From Thermodesulfobacteriota bacterium (lineage in GTDB: Bacteria; Desulfobacterota_D; UBA1144; Nemesobacterales; JAJCZQ01), in the NCBI GenBank assembly GCA_965203965.1, contig CBDBDR010000017.1:1120001-1184000 (forward strand): a DNA stretch of 64,000 bases. The letters are read 5' to 3'. Of the stretch, positions 29,272-39,792 are shown piece after piece. Both the position numbers and the translations under genes were made by a program. Position 1 is the first letter of the stretch. Every line of letters starts with the position of its first letter. The notes beneath the pieces are model-generated. The model was not told the DNA's origin and searched no databases. It worked only from the letters and a program-made list of their open reading frames with translations.

Positions 29272-29524
29272 ATCAAATACCTCCTTACAAAAAATTTTTA
29301 CGAATTGTTTCCAATTCTTAATGAAGAAACGCTTAGAAGTAAAACTTACTTATTCCAACACATTTCTCACCTTGCCTTAATTTATATCAAAGAATTACCT
29401 TTGATGTCAAGAAGTTTTTTTGATTTGAAAAAAATACTTTCAGGTTTCTAATGAAAATCCTTATAGATAAATCAAATTCCAGTTTTATAGCCAAAAATCC
29501 AGCAAATTTTTCAGCAAACTCTGT

Positions 29525-29923
29525 TCAATTTTCCTCTTCCTTAAAATCCAGTGAGCAGGAATTAATACAAAACCTATTGCCAGTTGGATCAGGGCCGTCG
29601 GGAAAAACATGCCCAAGATGAGCATCACACAAGGAACAAACCACCTCTGTCCTTATTAGACCGTGACTCTGGTCAATCTCCGTTTTAATATTCTGCTCAT
29701 TTGAAGGTTTATAAAAACTCGGCCATCCCGTACCAGAATCAAATTTGGCATCGGAATGAAAAAGCTCAGCCCCACAGCAAACACACCTGTATAAACCCTT
29801 CCTTTTATTATCGTTATACTTACTAGTGAAAGGCCTTTCAGTAGCTTTTTTACGTGTAACCAGATACTGTTCATCTGTAAGCACTTTTTTCCATTCCTCT
29901 TCTGTTTTTTTGATCTTACTCAT
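29525..29923 (-). CDS. msrB: Peptide-methionine (R)-S-oxide reductase
   Basis: [26 protein letters not shown]. Confidence 0.97.
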   Translation of the reverse strand: MSKIKKTEEEWKKVLTDEQYLVTRKKATERPFTSKYNDNKRKGLYRCVCCGAELFHSDAKFDSGTGWPSFYKPSNEQNIKTEIDQSHGLIRTEVVCSLCDAHLGHVFPDGPDPTGNRFCINSCSLDFKEEEN

Positions 29924-30779
29924 CAGACACTCTCTTCATTTCAGATAGTTTTAACTCACTTGCTTTTTCAAGAAAGCTCATTAATTGATCCGTCTCTTCA
30001 TTTTTGATTGCCGAACCGAGGGTTTCTAGGCTAACCTTGAACGCTTCTATACTTTTGAGAACGCTATCCTTGTTTTGCAGAAAAATCGTTTTCCACATCT
30101 CTGGAGAACTAGCAGCAATTCTTGTGAAATCTTTCAGTGATCCTCCAGAATATCTGAAAGCATTATCAATGCTAGCGGAAGCAATGGAATTTACAAGTGA
30201 GTATGCAAGCAAATGAGGCAAATGGCTCACGTGTGCAAACGTTTTGTCGTGAGTTTCGGGATCAAGTATGAAAACCTCTGCCCCCAGCATACACCAAAGA
30301 TCGGATACTTTTTGCACTGAACTTTCACTGCTTTTACTTGTAGGCGTAACAACCACTTTTTTCTCCCTAAAAATATCTGCGTCAGAGTGTTCTATACCTG
30401 AATGTTCCTTGCCCGCAATAGGATGAGAACCAACAAAATGGACTTTTTTACCACTTAAGATGCTTTCTATTTTGGCTACTATAACCGACTTGACACTTCC
30501 CACATCGGTTATTAAACAGTTTTTCTTTAAAAACGGTTCTATTTTTTCAACAATTTCAGCAATAGTGTCAACATAAGTTGCAATTACCACAAGATCCGAA
30601 TCAATAACCTTTTCCAGATCGGTACTTCCCCGGTCAACTATTCCACCGCTGATAGCAAAATTTACAACCCTCTTATCGGAATCAATTCCAACAACCTCAC
30701 GGAAGGTTCCGAATTTCTTCATTGCCCTACAAACCGAGCCACCTATTAGTCCAAGTCCTATTACACTTACTGAATTCAA
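29916..30779 (-). CDS. tyrA: Prephenate/arogenate dehydrogenase
   Basis: [32 protein letters not shown]. Confidence 0.93.
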   Translation of the reverse strand: MNSVSVIGLGLIGGSVCRAMKKFGTFREVVGIDSDKRVVNFAISGGIVDRGSTDLEKVIDSDLVVIATYVDTIAEIVEKIEPFLKKNCLITDVGSVKSVIVAKIESILSGKKVHFVGSHPIAGKEHSGIEHSDADIFREKKVVVTPTSKSSESSVQKVSDLWCMLGAEVFILDPETHDKTFAHVSHLPHLLAYSLVNSIASASIDNAFRYSGGSLKDFTRIAASSPEMWKTIFLQNKDSVLKSIEAFKVSLETLGSAIKNEETDQLMSFLEKASELKLSEMKRVSDE

Positions 30780-30781
30780 TT

Positions 30782-31867
30782 TTATTTACCTAAAACTTTT
30801 CTTAAAGCTGCTATAAATTTTCTGTTCTCTTCCCCAGTTCCAACCGTTACTCTCAAATGGGATTTTAACCCATATCCGCCGACGGGCCTCACAATTACAC
30901 CTTCCTTTAATAATTTGCTGTATATTGGCATGGAATCTTCCTCAAGGTCAATAAGAATAAAATTTGTATAAGACTTTATAAACCTGATGTTCAGGGAGTT
31001 AAAATTTCTTTCCATAAAACTCATTCCAATTTTGTTAACCTCATTAGTAGTAACCAGATGTTCCTTATCATCCATTGCTGCAAGTGCTGCTATCTGAGCA
31101 ATGGAGTTAACGTTGAAAGGTTGTCTTATTCTACTGACGTAATCAGTAATATTTTCAGAGGCAACAGCATATCCAATACGAAGCCCTGCAAGACCATAGA
31201 TTTTAGAAAAAGTTCTTATTGTGATCAAATTGGGCTTTTCACTGTGGTATTCAAGCGAATTAGGATAATTTTTATCATCAACATATTCAAAATAAGCTTC
31301 ATCAACAACTATTAACACATCGTCTGGAACAACCGATAAAAACCTCTCAAAATCTGCTTTTCTGAAAATAGTTCCGGTTGGATTGTTAGGATTGGCAAGA
31401 AAGATGATTTTTGTTCTGCCGGTTATCCTTGAGGTAATGTCCTCTAAATTATGAACCATATCAGGCATAGGAGAAATAATGTGTCTGGCACCAATGGATT
31501 GCACTACAATCGAGTAAACGATAAATGCGTATTCACCGTAAATTGCTTCATTTTCACCGCAAAGATATGTTTTGGCTATCAACTCAATCACATCATTTGA
31601 GCCATTGCCAATCGTTAGATTTTCCACTTTCACACCTAAAAATGAGGCTATTTTTTTCTTTAGATAAAAACAGTCTCCATCAGGATAACGATGGAGGTTA
31701 CTAACCGTTTTTTCAACTGCTTCCATGGCCAACCTTGATGGGCCGGAGGGGTTTTCGTTAGACGCAATTTTTACTGAATCCTCTATACCATACTCACGTT
31801 CCAACTCCTCAATTGGTTTGCCGGGAACATAGGGTATCAGTTTCTTAATCTGGCTAAGAGGTTCCAC
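30782..31867 (-). CDS. hisC: Histidinol-phosphate aminotransferase
   Basis: ASNENP, NPNNPTG, DEAY, RTFSKIYGLAGLRIGY. Confidence 0.95.
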   Translation of the reverse strand: MEPLSQIKKLIPYVPGKPIEELEREYGIEDSVKIASNENPSGPSRLAMEAVEKTVSNLHRYPDGDCFYLKKKIASFLGVKVENLTIGNGSNDVIELIAKTYLCGENEAIYGEYAFIVYSIVVQSIGARHIISPMPDMVHNLEDITSRITGRTKIIFLANPNNPTGTIFRKADFERFLSVVPDDVLIVVDEAYFEYVDDKNYPNSLEYHSEKPNLITIRTFSKIYGLAGLRIGYAVASENITDYVSRIRQPFNVNSIAQIAALAAMDDKEHLVTTNEVNKIGMSFMERNFNSLNIRFIKSYTNFILIDLEEDSMPIYSKLLKEGVIVRPVGGYGLKSHLRVTVGTGEENRKFIAALRKVLGK

Positions 31868-32952
31868 TAATCAATCTTTCCAATAGGGTAGGAGCCTATA
31901 ATTTTTAGAAAAATGCAGTTCTTTTCCACTTTATCTATCAATGCTTTGATTTTTTTATCCTTATGATGTCCAACAAAATCAGCAAAAAAAACATATTTCC
32001 ATGCTCTATCTTTGGAAGGTCTTGATTCAATTTTGGACAGATTAACTCCCTGTTCAGCAAACGGAAGAAAAAATGATCTGTGAAGCGTTCCAGGCTCATC
32101 TTTGAGGGAAAAAACAATTGAGGTTTTATCCTCCCCCGTAATCGGGTTTTCTTCATTACCTATTATTAAAAATCGAGTCGTGTTCTGTTTGCTGTCCTCA
32201 ATGTTTGACTGAACGGTCTTTAAGTTGTAAATAGAGGCGGCATGGCCGCTTGCAATAGCGGCAACCTTCAAGTCTTCCGCGGCAATCTTTGCAGCTGATG
32301 CGGTGCTTGAGGTTTCAACAAAATCAACACCCCTTAAATTCCTGCCAACCCATTTTTTACACTGTCCAAGAGCCTGCGGGTGGGAAGCAACAATTTTTAT
32401 ATCATCTATCCTACCGGTTTTTGAAAGTAGAAGATGATTTATTCTCTCAAAATACTCTGCTAGAATTTTTACATTTTGTACAACAAAAACATCTAGCACA
32501 CTGCCAACAGAACCCTCAATTGAATTTTCTACTGGGACAACCCCGAGTTCAAGCCTGTTTGCATTCACTTCCTCAAAAATATCTTCAATATTACCAAGAG
32601 GGATAAGTTCCGAACTTTCTCCAAATTTATGAAATGCAGCCTGATTTGAAAAACTTCCTTTCGGACCCAAATAACCGACCTTGAGTGGTTTCTGCAAGTT
32701 TCTACAGACTGAAACGATCTGCCTGAAAATAGAGATAACGTGCTCATCCTTCAAGGGACCGGAATTGATTCTCTGAAGCTTTTTTTCTATCTCCGTTTCC
32801 CTTCCTGGGTCATATATTTGCAAGGAGTTTTGCTGCTTACGTTCCGATATTTCCAGTGCAATCTGTCCTCTTCTGTTAATGAGTTTCAAGATGCTAATAT
32901 CAATATCGTCTATCTGCTCTCTCAGTTTATGCAGAATTTTAGAAGGTTTCAT
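31867..32952 (-). CDS. pheA: Chorismate mutase/prephenate dehydratase
   Basis: N-terminal CM domain, PVENSIEG, SHPQA, NTTRF, IESRPS. Confidence 0.96.
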   Translation of the reverse strand: MKPSKILHKLREQIDDIDISILKLINRRGQIALEISERKQQNSLQIYDPGRETEIEKKLQRINSGPLKDEHVISIFRQIVSVCRNLQKPLKVGYLGPKGSFSNQAAFHKFGESSELIPLGNIEDIFEEVNANRLELGVVPVENSIEGSVGSVLDVFVVQNVKILAEYFERINHLLLSKTGRIDDIKIVASHPQALGQCKKWVGRNLRGVDFVETSSTASAAKIAAEDLKVAAIASGHAASIYNLKTVQSNIEDSKQNTTRFLIIGNEENPITGEDKTSIVFSLKDEPGTLHRSFFLPFAEQGVNLSKIESRPSKDRAWKYVFFADFVGHHKDKKIKALIDKVEKNCIFLKIIGSYPIGKID

Positions 32953-33043
32953 GTTAAGAAATATAGATGAAAATTCTATCCTTTCACAAAGTTGTGAATT
33001 ATGTATATAACACCGTAAAAAGTCAACTAAACCAGCGGATAAT

Positions 33044-33889
33044 CTAATTTTTCTTAAACTTAACTCTGCCGAAAGGACCTGTTATCCTTGCAGATAGGCT
33101 TCCGTCTTTTTCCCTTTTCATAAAAGACTTGAGAAAACCCATCTTTGAACCCGGCTTTAATTCAAACCTTACAAAAATATTCAGGTTTCCATGTTCTATT
33201 TTCCAAGGCAACGGCGCCGTGCCGCTCAGAAAGAGTGTGAAGTCTTCATTTTCAAGTCGGAGTTTATCAAGCCGCGTTCCGGTTTTTTCTATTCTGCCTT
33301 CAAGATCAGCTTTTAAGGCATTGTAGTCAGGTAGAGTAAAACTTTTGAGCTTTAAACCAGAAAATGAAAAATTGGGGGAATACAGTTCGAATTTTCCAGT
33401 GGTATCAACTTTTCCGCTTACCTCTCCACCAAAATCTGGAATGCCCTTTTTGTTTTTTAACAAGCTCTCAATTACTTCAAGGTCAACTTCTTTCAACTCT
33501 GCCACAATAGAATCCGGCTTTTTTTTACCATCGGAGTAAATCACTACGCCCTTAATTTCGCCCTTTTTAATCCTTACATCAAAAGAAATTTTTCTGCTTT
33601 GTCTGAAAAAAGAGAACAATGAAGGAGATATCTTCAAACTGTCAATAGGCACGGCAATTTCATCCTGTTCTCTCAACAACTTCATATTACTGATACTTAC
33701 AACGGCCGGGGGTGAAACATCTAAATCACCAATCTCCACGCTAAGACCATAATTACTTGTGATTTCTGTAATTACTCTATTTTTCAAAGATTCTGTCGGG
33801 AAATACATATAGAAAAACAGGATCAGGAAAAAGAAAAATAGAACTAAAGACGCAATATACCTTGTAGTTTTGTTCGTCAACTTATACAT
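33044..33889 (-). CDS. gspN: Type II secretion system protein N-like
   Basis: N-terminal TM with FP motif, beta-rich body; follows L/M-like genes. Confidence 0.65.
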   Translation of the reverse strand: MYKLTNKTTRYIASLVLFFFFLILFFYMYFPTESLKNRVITEITSNYGLSVEIGDLDVSPPAVVSISNMKLLREQDEIAVPIDSLKISPSLFSFFRQSRKISFDVRIKKGEIKGVVIYSDGKKKPDSIVAELKEVDLEVIESLLKNKKGIPDFGGEVSGKVDTTGKFELYSPNFSFSGLKLKSFTLPDYNALKADLEGRIEKTGTRLDKLRLENEDFTLFLSGTAPLPWKIEHGNLNIFVRFELKPGSKMGFLKSFMKREKDGSLSARITGPFGRVKFKKN

Positions 33890-34469
33890 CTACATCCCTA
33901 GCTATTTCAAACGTTGAAAGTTTGAAAGAAGCATCTACCAACTCAGACCTGTTGAATCTGATTTTAAGCCTTAGGTTTGAAACCTTTAGAAAACTGTCTC
34001 TGTTCTGAATGGAGTAAAGCACGTCTATTAATCTTTTAAGTGGAACTTTTTTAAGATCCACCTGCACAACTGCTTCATCCGACAACTCATATGAGTAGCT
34101 TTCATCCAACTTGCTGTCCTTGATTGAAAAACCTGTCCGTTCAATCCCGTTGTCAATAAATATCTTTTCAACAACTGAAATCAGCGATTCATTCTCCTTC
34201 TTGATAGTTCCAATCAATTCGTCCAACCTTTGTTTTGACTGCTTGTATTCGTTTTGAAGCACTCTTACCTGCATAAGGTTATTCTCAAGGACGGAAAGCT
34301 GTTTTTGATATTTACCGGAATTTCCTGCAAGCATGTTGTAGGAAGCTATCGTGATAAACAGGCAGATTATTACAAGACCAGTATAAACTGTTCTCCTGTC
34401 ACTTTTAGAACTCAAAAAGCCAGTCAGTTTTCTTATCTGGAACTGTCTTAATATGTTGTTAATATCCAC
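33882..34469 (-). CDS. gspM: Type II secretion system protein M-like
   Basis: TM, coiled coil, ferredoxin-like C-terminus (V.LKKV.L..L...LY.I). Confidence 0.65.
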   Translation of the reverse strand: MDINNILRQFQIRKLTGFLSSKSDRRTVYTGLVIICLFITIASYNMLAGNSGKYQKQLSVLENNLMQVRVLQNEYKQSKQRLDELIGTIKKENESLISVVEKIFIDNGIERTGFSIKDSKLDESYSYELSDEAVVQVDLKKVPLKRLIDVLYSIQNRDSFLKVSNLRLKIRFNRSELVDASFKLSTFEIARDVDV

Positions 34470-35912
34470 CTAATTAACCACCATTGACATAACGAACTTG
34501 ACGCTATTATCCACAGATTGACTTACATGATCTCTTTTTACATCTTTGAATCTTTTGGATTCAGAAAGTATTTTCTCCACAGTTGCAATATCCTTGTATG
34601 AAATGCACCTGCCCCAGATTTTTAATTGCTTTCCTGACTCAAATCTGACTTCATCAACTCTTATGTTTAAACTGTCAGGAAAAGCAGAGGCAATATCCCT
34701 TATTACATCCAATGGAGTTGAACCGCCCTTAACTTCTTCTACAAGGTCAAGTTTGTCCCTAACTTTTGCAATTTCAGTTTCAATAAAAGAAACTGGGTCG
34801 GGTATAACAGTGGGCGCATCTGGAAAAACTTTTTTTACTTCCCTCTTAATTTCATTCCGCAGTAATTTAACTTCCTTTTTTGAGATCATAGACTCAGAAA
34901 AACCCCTGTAAAAAGTCAGTATCAGAAAAACTGCAATAAGCAAACTCGGAATCAAAAAATTTTTTCTTATATCAATGCCTTTACCTTCAAACTCAAATTC
35001 ATTGATTCTCAAATTCAGACTGTCTTGGTCAGAGTAAGCCCCGTAAAGCGCAATTGCATACGATTTTGCATAAAGTGGAGAATCCTCCTTGCCAAGTTCA
35101 GGTATGAATATCCTGCTGACGGACTTGTTAAGATATTCCGCCAAAATATCTTCAACACCCTCAACTAGGCACACATCTCCGGTCAGAACAACTGACTTGA
35201 TTTCATCTCTTAATTCACTTTCAAAAAAATGCGTAGTTCCAACTATTTCAGTAATGAGGGGTTGGATTTTTCCCTTGTCTATGTTCTCAATCTCGAGACC
35301 ACCAATAAACATGGATGAGGAAGCAGGTAAAGATCTCACTCTTCTTAGACCATTTTCATCAAAAAGCATGAAGTTTGTCTCATCGGAGCTAATATCTAGT
35401 AACAAAAATGGCCTCTCATAAGACAGACGGCTGTTTAACGAACTGAAAGCAACAGGTGAGAATGTTACGAAACTTGGGTCAATGCCGCTTTTTTTTAGAA
35501 ATTCAAGAAATGACTCCATATCGGCTTTTTCAAACATTGAAACAAGCACCTCTGAAAAACCATCTCTTTTTAACAAGTGGTATGAATGCAACTTTTCATC
35601 GGGATTGTGAACTGTCTCGTTTTCAAGTTCAAACTTGTAAACCTGCTTTATCTTACTGGAATCCTTAAATGGAAATTTAAGCACTCTCGAGGATATAGGT
35701 GATGTTGTTATTGCGGTACAGATGCTGTAGTTGACCAGATCAAGTTTACTTAATGAGGAAAATAATAGAGCTTCTTGTACATTATTATTCATGCTTGATT
35801 GTGGAAACACAGACTCCTTTATACCTATTTTCTCCCCTCTAACAGACTTGTGAACAGCACAAACCCTCAAACGAGTGTTTCCAACATCTAAACCTAAGAA
35901 TCTTCCAAACAT
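34470..35912 (-). CDS. gspL: Type II secretion system protein L-like (PilM/PilN-like fusion)
   Basis: Actin-like N-terminus LGLDVG, LTGD, TM, PilN-like periplasmic domain. Confidence 0.7.
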   Translation of the reverse strand: MFGRFLGLDVGNTRLRVCAVHKSVRGEKIGIKESVFPQSSMNNNVQEALLFSSLSKLDLVNYSICTAITTSPISSRVLKFPFKDSSKIKQVYKFELENETVHNPDEKLHSYHLLKRDGFSEVLVSMFEKADMESFLEFLKKSGIDPSFVTFSPVAFSSLNSRLSYERPFLLLDISSDETNFMLFDENGLRRVRSLPASSSMFIGGLEIENIDKGKIQPLITEIVGTTHFFESELRDEIKSVVLTGDVCLVEGVEDILAEYLNKSVSRIFIPELGKEDSPLYAKSYAIALYGAYSDQDSLNLRINEFEFEGKGIDIRKNFLIPSLLIAVFLILTFYRGFSESMISKKEVKLLRNEIKREVKKVFPDAPTVIPDPVSFIETEIAKVRDKLDLVEEVKGGSTPLDVIRDIASAFPDSLNIRVDEVRFESGKQLKIWGRCISYKDIATVEKILSESKRFKDVKRDHVSQSVDNSVKFVMSMVVN

Positions 35913-35959
35913 GTTTAAGTAAAAAAGTTAATTTTATCTTCAATATATAAGAAATTAAC

Positions 35960-36670
35960 TTAAAAGTCAATTTGCCTGCTAGCGGTCGTCAAAGTAAGTA
36001 CCTGAACTGAAGCGGCACCTGCTTCCAGCAAAACCTTGGAGCATTCATTTACAGTTGAACCGGTGGTGAAAACATCATCTATTAAGAGCACGGAAGTGCC
36101 CTTTATTCTAGCAGCATCTCTAACAGAAAATGCATCCTTTACGTTCTTTTTTCTCTCTTTTAAACTTTTAAATGACACTTGCGGTAAAGTGTCTCTTACC
36201 TTGCAGAGTGCAAAAGGGTCATATACACACCCAGAACTCACAGAAAAATTTTTTCCAAGTATTGCAGACTGATTATATTCTCTTTTTCTTAACCTGTTCA
36301 AATGCACTGGAACAGGCAGTATCAGATCAAAAAAACCAAGACCTCTTGGAACATTCATCACAAATATATCGGACAACAACTTTCCTATGTAGAGTTTTCC
36401 TCGGTATTTAAAGAGGTGTAAAAGTTCTCTTATTAAACCGTCGTAATGAGCTACAAACCTTGCCCGTGTAAAGTAGAGACTGTGATTAAGGCATCTCGCA
36501 CTCAGGTGACATGAATTTTCGCTACATTCATTAAAGGGAATCCCGCAAACACTGCATCCGGATTTTTCTTCTAAAAAGCTAATGCTGGAATAGCAATCAT
36601 CACAAATCCCAATATTGACGACGTGTTTTTGGCAGGAGACACATACGTTCGGAAAAACGAATCTCAACAT
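35960..36670 (-). CDS. comF: ComF-family protein (Zn finger + PRTase)
   Basis: CxxC motifs, PVPVH..R..R.YNQS, LLIDDVFTTGST. Confidence 0.9.
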   Translation of the reverse strand: MLRFVFPNVCVSCQKHVVNIGICDDCYSSISFLEEKSGCSVCGIPFNECSENSCHLSARCLNHSLYFTRARFVAHYDGLIRELLHLFKYRGKLYIGKLLSDIFVMNVPRGLGFFDLILPVPVHLNRLRKREYNQSAILGKNFSVSSGCVYDPFALCKVRDTLPQVSFKSLKERKKNVKDAFSVRDAARIKGTSVLLIDDVFTTGSTVNECSKVLLEAGAASVQVLTLTTASRQIDF

Positions 36671-36677
36671 TATGCTA

Positions 36678-37778
36678 TCAAATTCTCATTGGCATTACGA
36701 TGCAGATATAGTTTTCCTCATTTTTAGGTTTTATAAGCACAGGGCTTAATTCATCCGAAAGTCCAAAAATGACATCTTCTTTATCAATAGATTCAAGAGC
36801 TTCTATAAGGTAATTTCCACTGAAGCCTATTTCTTTCAAACCACCGTCGTAATTAACTTCAAAATCCTCTTTAGCCTCTCCAACGTCCTGAGATACAGAT
36901 TTAAGAACTATAGATTCTTTATCAAACGTAACCTTTACACTTTTTGTCCTTTCAGAGGAAAATACACATACTCTCTTCAACGAACTCAAGAACTGATCTC
37001 TACTAATTTCTAATTCAAATTCCGTTTCATCAGGCACAACCTGCCTGTAATCTGGAAAATCAGCATCTATCAATCTAGAAAAAATAGTGGTGTCTTCACC
37101 AACAGCTGCAAAGAAGTTACTCTCAAACCCAATCTGAATAGGCTCACTTTGCTTCAGTATCTTCCTAAGCTCCAAAACCGCTTTTTTTGGAACAATCACA
37201 CTGCTTAACAACTTCACGTCATCACTTGAAGAATTTTCAACAAAACTCAACCTATGTCCATCAGTTGCCACAAGTCTTAGGTTGTTCTGTCCACTTTTTT
37301 CAAAACAAATTCCACAAAGATTTCTCCTCATATCATCTGATGACACACAATAGACGGTTTTTGATATCATATCATCCAGTAGGAGAGAGTCTATCGTAAA
37401 TAAACCATCAACGGCGACTTCCGGAATTTGTGGAAAATCCGTACTGGGAAGACCAGCTATCTTATAATTCCCATTACCTGCATTCAACTCAATCCAACTG
37501 TTTTTTATCTCATTGATCTCAATGAGACCATCAGGTAATTCACGCACAATCTCAAACAACTTACGAGCAGGAACTGCAATACTGGATTTATGACTAACAT
37601 CAGCACTCATCTGTGTGGTCAAAGTTGTTTCAAGATCGGTTGCAGTAATTCTTACTATGCCATCGGTGCTCGTCAGAAGTATAGAAGAAAGCACAGGCAT
37701 TGTCGTTTTTCTTTCTGCAACGCCTTGTACTAGAGTTAACTTTTCTAAAAATTTTTGTTTATCAACAGAAAATTGCAT
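36678..37778 (-). CDS. dnaN: DNA polymerase III beta clamp
   Basis: ATDLE, ATDGHRL, FPDY..V.P, VMPMRI; downstream of dnaA. Confidence 0.97.
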   Translation of the reverse strand: MQFSVDKQKFLEKLTLVQGVAERKTTMPVLSSILLTSTDGIVRITATDLETTLTTQMSADVSHKSSIAVPARKLFEIVRELPDGLIEINEIKNSWIELNAGNGNYKIAGLPSTDFPQIPEVAVDGLFTIDSLLLDDMISKTVYCVSSDDMRRNLCGICFEKSGQNNLRLVATDGHRLSFVENSSSDDVKLLSSVIVPKKAVLELRKILKQSEPIQIGFESNFFAAVGEDTTIFSRLIDADFPDYRQVVPDETEFELEISRDQFLSSLKRVCVFSSERTKSVKVTFDKESIVLKSVSQDVGEAKEDFEVNYDGGLKEIGFSGNYLIEALESIDKEDVIFGLSDELSPVLIKPKNEENYICIVMPMRI

Positions 37779-37998
37779 CGTTTATTATCCTTGGTTGTTT
37801 ATTCTTCTTAACATATTTTAGATAATAATAATAATAAGGAATGTGAATTTGTTAAATAGTTAGCAAACTCCCTTTGTTCTTTGGATTATATCCTGTTTAT
37901 AGAATTAATATAAGTTCACATAGTATCAACATATTTTTTGGTTTTCCACAACTACCATAAAACATCAACATTTTAATAACAGTTTATTTAACAATTTA
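37779..37998. other. Replication origin oriC (dnaA-dnaN intergenic)
   Basis: Degenerate DnaA boxes (TTTTCCACA 37942-37950, TGTGAATTT 37842-37850, TGTTAAATA 37850-37858, GTATCAACA 37923-37931); (TAA)5 DnaA-trio run at 37823-37837; AT-rich. Confidence 0.8.
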
Positions 37999-39408
37999 TC
38001 AAGTGTTCATGTTGTCTATTCTTTTTGATATTGCATTCACAGATTTTGTGAGAGCTAGGTCGTTACCAAGCAGTCTTTCTATTTTATTAAAGCCGTGTAT
38101 GATGGTTGAATGATCCTTTCCCCCAAATTTTTCTCCTATTTCTGGGAAGGAAGATACTGTGTATTTACGCGAAAGATACATGGCTATTTGTCTTGGTATT
38201 GATATATTTTTCTGCTTTTTGCTTGATTTTAAGTCTAAAACTCTCAAACCAAAGTAAGAGGCGACCTCTCTTAAAATAGCCTCAACAGTAACTACTCTTT
38301 CTTTTGCAATTTTTCCCACGGTTCCTTTTGCCATATCTATGTCAATTTCTTTGTTTGTAAGCCTTGACTGTGCCACCAGATTGTTAAATAGTCCTTCAAG
38401 TTTTCTGACGTTTGACTCGGAGTGTTGTGCCAGAAACATCTTTGCCTCTATTGGTATTTCAATGCCTTCCGATTCTTCTTTCTGGGTTAATATTGCCATT
38501 CTGGTCTCAAACTCCGGTGGTTGAATGTCTGCTGTCAAGCCCCACTCGAACCTTGAACTAAGCCTGTCTTCCAATTTGAGCATTTCACTTGGAGGTTTAT
38601 CGCTCGTCAAGACTATATGCTTTTTTGATTCGTAAAGTGCGTTAAATGTATGAAAAAAAACCTCCTGTGTGCTTTCTTTTCCAGCTATGAACTGTATGTC
38701 GTCAATAAGTAGAATGTCACACCCAAAACGGTAGCGGTTGTGAAACTCTTCCATCTTGTTGGTTTTTATTCCTCTAATAACTTGATTTGTAAACTCCTCG
38801 GCAGAGACAGAACACACGTTCTGTTTGCTTTTTTTTATATGATTGCCAATTGCATTAAGCAAGTGGGTTTTTCCCAGACCTACACCTCCATAGATGAAAA
38901 GAGGATTATAGGTTGTTCCAGTTTTATGAGCAACCGCGTGAGAAGCTGCATGAGCAAACCGGTTGCTTGGTCCCACAACAAAATTTTCAAACGTATAAGA
39001 GGGGTTCAAATTGCCGAGTAGCTCTGTCTGTCTTGCTATGAATTCAGTCTTTCTTCCTATTGTTAAGGCTGGTTTGATTTTTCCTGGAGATTTAGCGGTA
39101 TTCTGATCTTTCGATGATGAAACAACTTTTATTTCAAACTTCCTATTGTAAATCTCGTTGATTGTTTCACTTATAAAGTCAATGTAGTGATTTTCCACCC
39201 AGTTCTTATCAAAGTTTGATTTTGCCGCCAATATTATGGTGTTTGCCTCTTGGTGTACCAATTCTAGAGATTCAAACCAACCTGAATAAACATGTGCGTT
39301 GGATTTTTCTTTTATTTTCTCAAGTATATTGCTCCACGTGACTGAAAACGGAATTTCTTCTTGGACTGAACGCGGTATTTCCAAATTACCTCTCCCAAAA
39401 TCACCCAA
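37999..39408 (-). CDS. dnaA: Chromosomal replication initiator DnaA (start uncertain)
   Basis: YTFENFVVG, YNPLFIYGGVGLGKTHL, LLIDDIQF, FGGKDHST. Confidence 0.98.
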   Translation of the reverse strand: MGDFGRGNLEIPRSVQEEIPFSVTWSNILEKIKEKSNAHVYSGWFESLELVHQEANTIILAAKSNFDKNWVENHYIDFISETINEIYNRKFEIKVVSSSKDQNTAKSPGKIKPALTIGRKTEFIARQTELLGNLNPSYTFENFVVGPSNRFAHAASHAVAHKTGTTYNPLFIYGGVGLGKTHLLNAIGNHIKKSKQNVCSVSAEEFTNQVIRGIKTNKMEEFHNRYRFGCDILLIDDIQFIAGKESTQEVFFHTFNALYESKKHIVLTSDKPPSEMLKLEDRLSSRFEWGLTADIQPPEFETRMAILTQKEESEGIEIPIEAKMFLAQHSESNVRKLEGLFNNLVAQSRLTNKEIDIDMAKGTVGKIAKERVVTVEAILREVASYFGLRVLDLKSSKKQKNISIPRQIAMYLSRKYTVSSFPEIGEKFGGKDHSTIIHGFNKIERLLGNDLALTKSVNAISKRIDNMNT

Positions 39409-39792
39409 ATAATGAAAGTTATATTAGGGATTTAACAAGATATATAATATATTGTCAACAAAGAATTTTTTTAATAATTTATTTTTTAATAATTACAGTA
39501 TGTTGCAGTCTGCCATCTATTGGGGATTTAACAGCTCAGTCTTTTTGGGTCTGTGTTGGAATCAAGTAAAAAGTCATAATATCCCGTAATTATTGAAAAA
39601 AGTGAAAGAACGACTGTTTTTACACCAATTTTTTATTAAAAAATTATACAAATTCCCATTTAAAAACTTATACTGATTTTTCATCAAAAAAACTCTTAAA
39701 CTTATACTGTTGTTTGTTCAACTACACAAAATCTTAATTTCAAATATAATCATCGGATTGTTTCCAAGTTATTTAGTAGCGAGGAAGTGTAA

